Below, in pieces: positions 57,574 through 64,000 of a stretch of 64,000 nucleotides of DNA. The stretch covers positions 224,001-288,000 of the forward strand of contig CAXXKJ010000002.1 of the NCBI GenBank assembly GCA_963675295.2, given 5' to 3'. Numbering within the stretch: the first letter of the stretch is position 1; the number at the start of each line of letters is the position of its first letter. The position numbers were made by a program, and so were the translations under genes. Below the pieces are notes generated by a model. That model did no database searches and was not told where the DNA came from. It was given only the letters and a program-made list of their open reading frames with translations. The stretch comes from a bacterium. GTDB taxonomy: Bacteria; Electryoneota; Electryoneia; Electryoneales; Electryoneaceae.

Positions 57574-57951
57574 ATGACCAATGGCAGTCACGAACGCATG
57601 CATCCCTGGCAGTTGTGGGAACGGGAATGGAAACGGAAATCCCGTGAACCCGGCAGCCGTCACAAGGGCCAGGTGATTCCTCTGGATGGTCTGCTCGGGG
57701 AATGGGAGCGTGGTACGAAAGTCCGTGCCGCCTTGCGTGAGGCGGATTTGTTCAACCGCTGGGCCGAGATCATCGGCGACAAACTGGCACAACAGGCGAT
57801 TCCCGACCGGCTGGACCGTGGCAAACTGGTCATCCGGGTCGAAGACAGCAGTTGGCGTCACCAGTTACTGTACATGCGTCGCGAATTGATCGGCAAGATC
57901 AATCAGGCGCTTGGTGGCCGAGTGGTCAAGGAAATCGTGTTTACGGCGTAA
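57574..57951 (+). CDS. dciA: DUF721/DciA family helicase-loader protein
   Basis: W.EIIG..LA..A.P.RL..G.L.I.V.DSSWRHQL....ELI.KIN..LG. Located immediately before gyrB. Start is uncertain. Confidence 0.8.
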   Translation: MTNGSHERMHPWQLWEREWKRKSREPGSRHKGQVIPLDGLLGEWERGTKVRAALREADLFNRWAEIIGDKLAQQAIPDRLDRGKLVIRVEDSSWRHQLLYMRRELIGKINQALGGRVVKEIVFTA

Positions 57952-60048
<2,097 letters not shown>

Positions 60049-60050
60049 CA

Positions 60051-60108
60051 GGCAACAGATGCAACCGACGCAACAGATGCAAGAGACGTAACAGACACAG
60101 CTGACTCA
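60051..60108. repeat. 9-nt tandem repeat array (about 6 units) between the gyrB stop and its terminator
   Basis: GCAACAGAT GCAACCGAC GCAACAGAT GCAAGAGAC GTAACAGAC ACAGCTGAC. Confidence 0.8.
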
Positions 60109-60139
60109 CAAACCCGGGCATGGAGTCCGGGTTTGTTTT
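60108..60139 (+). terminator. Intrinsic terminator after gyrB
   Basis: ACAAACCCGGGC/GTCCGGGTTTGT followed by TTT. Confidence 0.8.
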
Positions 60140-60143
60140 CTGC

Positions 60144-60645
60144 CCATGACATTCTTGTCGTGGCTGACCGTACGTGGGTTGATCAGGTCCGTACGTGGAT
60201 TGATCAGTGAGGTGTTGTGCCGCAGACATTCTTGTCTGGGCTCATCCGCCATCCTTATGTCCCGTGACCCGCTAGTTCGTGTGCGCGGTTCGCAGGTCTG
60301 ATCCTCTTCCGAACCGACAGCGACACTCATGAGCCCCTGGTGGCTCCGCCAGCAGGGCTAATCCCCCCGCCGAAGAACTGTAACCTACAGGATAAACCGC
60401 GTTTGCAAGCAAACACAGGCACTTCATATTTCCGCAGTCCCTGGTGCCCGTGATTGACCGCCGGGTAGTTTCGGCGGCTATCGCGGGTCATCGGTCGTAA
60501 CTCGGGGGACACCTGTCGGCACAGACCGTTCGGGTCCACCGTATCAACCGACTCGCTACCCCAATTTTCTCACGATGGTTTGTCTACTGCGAGCGCCTCC
60601 AGATGTCCCCGTCTCCCGCAGTCCGCAACTGGTTTTCGCGGCTGA
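60144..60645. repeat. Mosaic of REP-like palindromes
   Basis: GACATTCTTGTC hairpins (60144, 60221), a 21-nt direct repeat CCGTACGTGGRTTGATCAG (60168-60209), a GCCCC..TGGCTCCGCCAG..GGGCT hairpin (60332; also 21144) and a CCTGGTGCCCGTGATT element (60440-60515). Confidence 0.7.
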
Positions 60646-60647
60646 AT

Positions 60648-61526
60648 CTACGTTGATTTTTCCGCCACATGCCCCATCTGCCGCGCGCGTTCGTTGAGCG
60701 TGATGATCCACAGCAACCCGGCCAATGTGATGGCCCACAGCGCAATGATCACGTACAGCAGTTGTTTCGTGCCAGCCGCGACCGCCTTGTCGCTCAAACC
60801 CGGTCCACGCAGTTTGAGCCATCCGAGTCCGGGGACAAGTTCATCGGTTTCCAGCATCAACTGTTGCCGCTCGTCCTCCGGAATAACTCGACCCTGGTAC
60901 ACCATCTCCGTCGTGCCCTGCACCAGCAGTACGGTATCCAGTGTGGATTTGTTCGGCTTCAGCACGAGCTGCACCGGATGGTAGTCGGCGAGCAACCGCA
61001 GCAATTTGCCGGTTGGAGCTGAATATGTCATGTAATGATCGATCCAGGCTGGGAGATAGTGGTCCATCAGTGCAGTCCGGGGTGTGACAGCACCATCGGC
61101 GATCGTGTCACCATCCACCGCATAGAGCTGAAAGACCGCTGTCCAGCGATCGTTGCCGAAGAACTGCGGGTTGTTGAAGATCAGCGAATCCCGGTCGAAT
61201 GTGATCCAGTTCCCCATGATGACGTTCAACGTGTCTGCCAACGCGGGATTGGCCGGATTCTGCCACGGTTCCTCGCGACTCCAGCGGAACGCATACCGCC
61301 GCAAACTGTCGGCCGTCGGTTCGCCCGGCTCGACCGTGCGCAATCGCCAGTCGATTTCCTGGTGCAGATCGTTCAGAATCAGTTGATACTGGGCGTCCCC
61401 GGGCACCGTGAGCGGATGCTCGAGCGCCACCGTCTGCAGAAACAATGTGAATACGATCAGCACCACGCTGGCAAAAAACGCCAGCAGGGTGATCACGTTA
61501 AGCACAATTCGCCAGCCACGTTTCAT
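60648..61526 (-). CDS. Hypothetical 2-TM membrane protein (paralog A)
   Basis: N- and C-terminal hydrophobic helices. RBS GGGGAGAG before ATG 61526. Shares motifs with B and C. Confidence 0.8.
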   Translation of the reverse strand: MKRGWRIVLNVITLLAFFASVVLIVFTLFLQTVALEHPLTVPGDAQYQLILNDLHQEIDWRLRTVEPGEPTADSLRRYAFRWSREEPWQNPANPALADTLNVIMGNWITFDRDSLIFNNPQFFGNDRWTAVFQLYAVDGDTIADGAVTPRTALMDHYLPAWIDHYMTYSAPTGKLLRLLADYHPVQLVLKPNKSTLDTVLLVQGTTEMVYQGRVIPEDERQQLMLETDELVPGLGWLKLRGPGLSDKAVAAGTKQLLYVIIALWAITLAGLLWIITLNERARQMGHVAEKST

Positions 61527-61552
61527 CACTCTCTCCCCGGTTCCGGATACAT

Positions 61553-62443
61553 TTACGGTTGTTCCTGCTTGCGTTTCCCACGAAAGACGATCAGCACCAG
61601 GATTCCCATCGCGAGCACCGCCCACGAAACATACATCACCGTCATCATGTCGTCCACAATCAATTGCGTCATCCGGTCGTTGATGCCGTACGATTCGATC
61701 CGTAATCGGCCGAGGTTGGCGAGTGGGACGGATTCCTCGATGAACAGCGCGGCGACCTTGTCCTCGGGGATCGGCTGGCCGTGCAGCGTGATCGGTTTGT
61801 CATTCTTGAACAGCTCGAGCGTAGGCTTGTCGGCGTCACGGGGTACGAACAGGATGGTGTACGGGTACTTGCTGTACTTGTCGCGCAGAATCCGGTAGCC
61901 GGTGTCCCAGTCCTCGTACTCATCGACCCACACCTGCAGGTAGTGGTCGGTCAGCGCGTCTGTCCGCAACACGGTCCCGGTCGCGGTGGTGTCGGCTTCT
62001 CCGAACAGGATCTGGTAGGCAAAAGTCCACAACTCGCCGTCAATTAACCGTCCGTAACTCGCGATCTTCGGTTCGCTCAGCGAAACCTTCACAGAGTCGG
62101 CTGCGGGACGGGGTCGTACGGCGTATCGCAGCCATTTGGCCAGGGTGTCCGCGACGCTGCCGGGTGCGTCCGGGATCGATAGACCGTCCCCGGTGGACCA
62201 CGTGAACGGGTATCGTTTGAGCGGGTCGTCCTGCGGTTCATGCGGGTTGGGTGAGATCGCGCGCAGGTTCAGGTAGCGCTGCAGATTCGTCGCCTGCCAG
62301 AACAGGGCGGTGCGTGTCGGTGCGGCGAGTTGCGCGTTGATCGATCCGCCCTGCACCTGGACGATGGTCAATGTCGCCGCGACACAGGCGAACAGCGCCA
62401 TCAGCAGGATCAACGCGATCACGATCCGTAACGTGGTACTCAT
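61553..62443 (-). CDS. Hypothetical 2-TM membrane protein (paralog B)
   Basis: RBS GGAGGGGG before ATG 62443. RYPFTWS, DHYLQVWVDEY and IPED are matched in A. Confidence 0.8.
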   Translation of the reverse strand: MSTTLRIVIALILLMALFACVAATLTIVQVQGGSINAQLAAPTRTALFWQATNLQRYLNLRAISPNPHEPQDDPLKRYPFTWSTGDGLSIPDAPGSVADTLAKWLRYAVRPRPAADSVKVSLSEPKIASYGRLIDGELWTFAYQILFGEADTTATGTVLRTDALTDHYLQVWVDEYEDWDTGYRILRDKYSKYPYTILFVPRDADKPTLELFKNDKPITLHGQPIPEDKVAALFIEESVPLANLGRLRIESYGINDRMTQLIVDDMMTVMYVSWAVLAMGILVLIVFRGKRKQEQP

Positions 62444-62455
62444 CTCCCCCTCCCC

Positions 62456-62704
62456 GGGTTCACGAACTGATTTAGAAACCACGGAATACACGGAATAAAC
62501 GGAAGAAAGACAACGTCCACGAAAGACACGAAAACAAACGAAAAACGTCTTAATGCTAACAACAAAGGATAAGGGCTTTAAATAGCATAATATTCATTTT
62601 AACTAATTTACTTTTTGTTTTAGCAACAGATTTCGTCTTTTTTTCGCGCTTTTCGTGGACAGAAGCAGTTTTCTGTTTCCGTTTATTCCGTTTATTCCGT
62701 GGTT
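62456..62704. mobile_element. MITE-like nested inverted-repeat element built from 9-mer repeats
   Basis: Outer 28-bp IR (62477-62504 / 62677-62704, 1 mismatch), inner IR (62515-62543 / 62631-62660) and an AT-rich core. A second copy starts at 63914. Confidence 0.65.
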
Positions 62705-63687
62705 CAGACTGGTTTTCGCCGCCACCAGGTGAACGGAAGCAGGATCAACGCCAGCACCATCACCCCGACACCGTACCGTGTCCGGGACCTCTCGTGTTCC
62801 ATCAGGAACTGGTCAAACAGCAGCGGTGACGCCACTTCGATCTTGTCATGCATCGGCCACAACGATCCTTCATACCACGTGACGTCGTCCCGCCAGCCGG
62901 GGTCGGGATCCAGGTTGGACTGGATCATGGCAAAGAACGCACGCACCAGCGGCGAGGTGTCGTCGTCCGGGTCGGCGAGCACGTCGGCTTCGGCATCAAC
63001 CGGGCGACTGGCGCGCAGGACCAGGGTGTCGAGGTCCATGTTGCCGGGCACCAGCCGGATTTCCGCAGGACGCCACATCCAGTTGTCCAGCAGCTCCCCG
63101 TAGACTGTCTTCCGGTATTCCTCGAACCAGCGCGGCACGTAGTCGGAGTAGAACGCGTGCACCGGGGTCAACGCACCGTGGAAGAACAGGTTATCGCTGG
63201 TCTTGACCCACGTCCCGGCGAGGATCATCGGGTGGGTACGTTCCGGCGGGTCCATCACCAGCGAGCTCATCGTCGGGGTCTTCCAGACGGGCAGGTGGGC
63301 CATGTGACGGAAGCGTCCCTCGAGGAATCCAGCGTCTGGTGGCGGATCGCTCAGCCAGCCGTCCGCCTGCGACCAGGTGACGGCGTATCGTGGCGGCAGG
63401 TCGGCACTGCCGAGGTACGGCGTCGGGCCGAGCATGCTGTACTTGAGCGAATCGAAGGGTTCGCTGATCGAATCCGGCATCACGTGCAACGGCGGTTCCA
63501 TCAGCCGTGTCTGGATGTGCGTCGCCAGGCGGTCGGCGTGCATTTGCAAGCTCGCCCGAACCGGCAGATAACGGCTTTCGATGCCGCCCGATGAGGACGT
63601 CATCAGGATGCCGCTGGCCAGCAGAAACATTCCGGCGAGCAACAGCAGAACCACGGCAATACGAATGGTAATCATCAGGGCACGCAT
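62704..63687 (-). CDS. Hypothetical 2-TM membrane protein (paralog C)
   Basis: Same topology as A and B. RYAVTWS, SDYVPRWFEEY and LVPGNMDLDTL. RBS GGGGGAG. Confidence 0.78.
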   Translation of the reverse strand: MRALMITIRIAVVLLLLAGMFLLASGILMTSSSGGIESRYLPVRASLQMHADRLATHIQTRLMEPPLHVMPDSISEPFDSLKYSMLGPTPYLGSADLPPRYAVTWSQADGWLSDPPPDAGFLEGRFRHMAHLPVWKTPTMSSLVMDPPERTHPMILAGTWVKTSDNLFFHGALTPVHAFYSDYVPRWFEEYRKTVYGELLDNWMWRPAEIRLVPGNMDLDTLVLRASRPVDAEADVLADPDDDTSPLVRAFFAMIQSNLDPDPGWRDDVTWYEGSLWPMHDKIEVASPLLFDQFLMEHERSRTRYGVGVMVLALILLPFTWWRRKPV

Positions 63688-63838
63688 GGTCTCCCCCCTT
63701 GGGCGTGCGGATCACGGTGGTGTCATTCAGCAGGAAGGTAGTACAGTTTGGCTGGAAATGCTTGCTGGGGTGGGTTGCAAACCTACGCCATTCATGTGCC
63801 CCTGTGACCCGCCGTCCGTAGTCTTGGTGCCCGTGATA

Positions 63839-63914
63839 CCTGGTGCCCGTGATTGACCGCCGGTCAGTTTCGGCGGCTATCGCGGCTCATCCGCTGATAC
63901 TCGGGGACACCTGG
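63839..63914. repeat. CCTGGTGCCCGTGATT element, copy 3
   Basis: Highly similar to 60440-60515, preceded by a partial duplicate TGGTGCCCGTGAT. Confidence 0.75.
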
Positions 63915-64000
63915 GGTTCACGAACTGATTCAGAAACCACGGAATACACGGAATAAACGGAAGAAAGACAACGTCCACGAAAGACACGAAAACAAACGAA
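63914..64000. mobile_element. Second copy of the nested-IR element (truncated by the window end)
   Basis: 87 nt identical to 62456-62542 except for one substitution. Confidence 0.7.

Noticed and set aside
62477-62704. CRISPR array interpretation of the repeats
   Set aside because: There is no regular repeat-unique spacer pattern, the repeats are inverted 9-mers, and no cas genes are present.

Overview
GC-rich bacterial chromosomal segment spanning the probable replication origin (dnaA-dnaN-...-dciA-gyrB, with DnaA-box clusters on both sides of dnaA). Ten proteins end in a T9SS type-A-like sorting domain (Y/H/A-PNPFN...K/R-V/L/I-x-L/Y/V-x-K/R). This suggests an FCB-superphylum organism outside Bacteroidota proper, which is an inference. 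Other content: two tandem S8 proteases, a signal-peptide-bearing PepF, clpB, AlkD- and AlkA-like repair proteins, and a crtI-crtB-acyltransferase-GT2-cruF-crtW carotenoid operon. Several signalling proteins are atypical: a transmembrane sigma54 activator, an apparently ATPase-dead sigma54-activator homologue, a kinase lacking its ATPase domain, and three sensor-like 2-TM paralogs with no output domain. Intergenic DNA carries several repeat families. The best leads are: (i) a membrane-spanning bEBP followed immediately by a consensus sigma54 promoter and a short terminated, largely non-coding transcript; (ii) a conserved, unnamed ~110-aa domain before the sorting signal in 7 secreted proteins; (iii) a covarying 3'-UTR RNA structure with a UCUCU loop; (iv) a nested inverted-repeat element built of 9-mers, with a near-identical second copy; (v) a sigma54-type promoter on the carotenoid operon next to the dead bEBP. 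No rRNA, tRNA, CRISPR array or transposase was recognised. All calls were made by eye and no searches were run.
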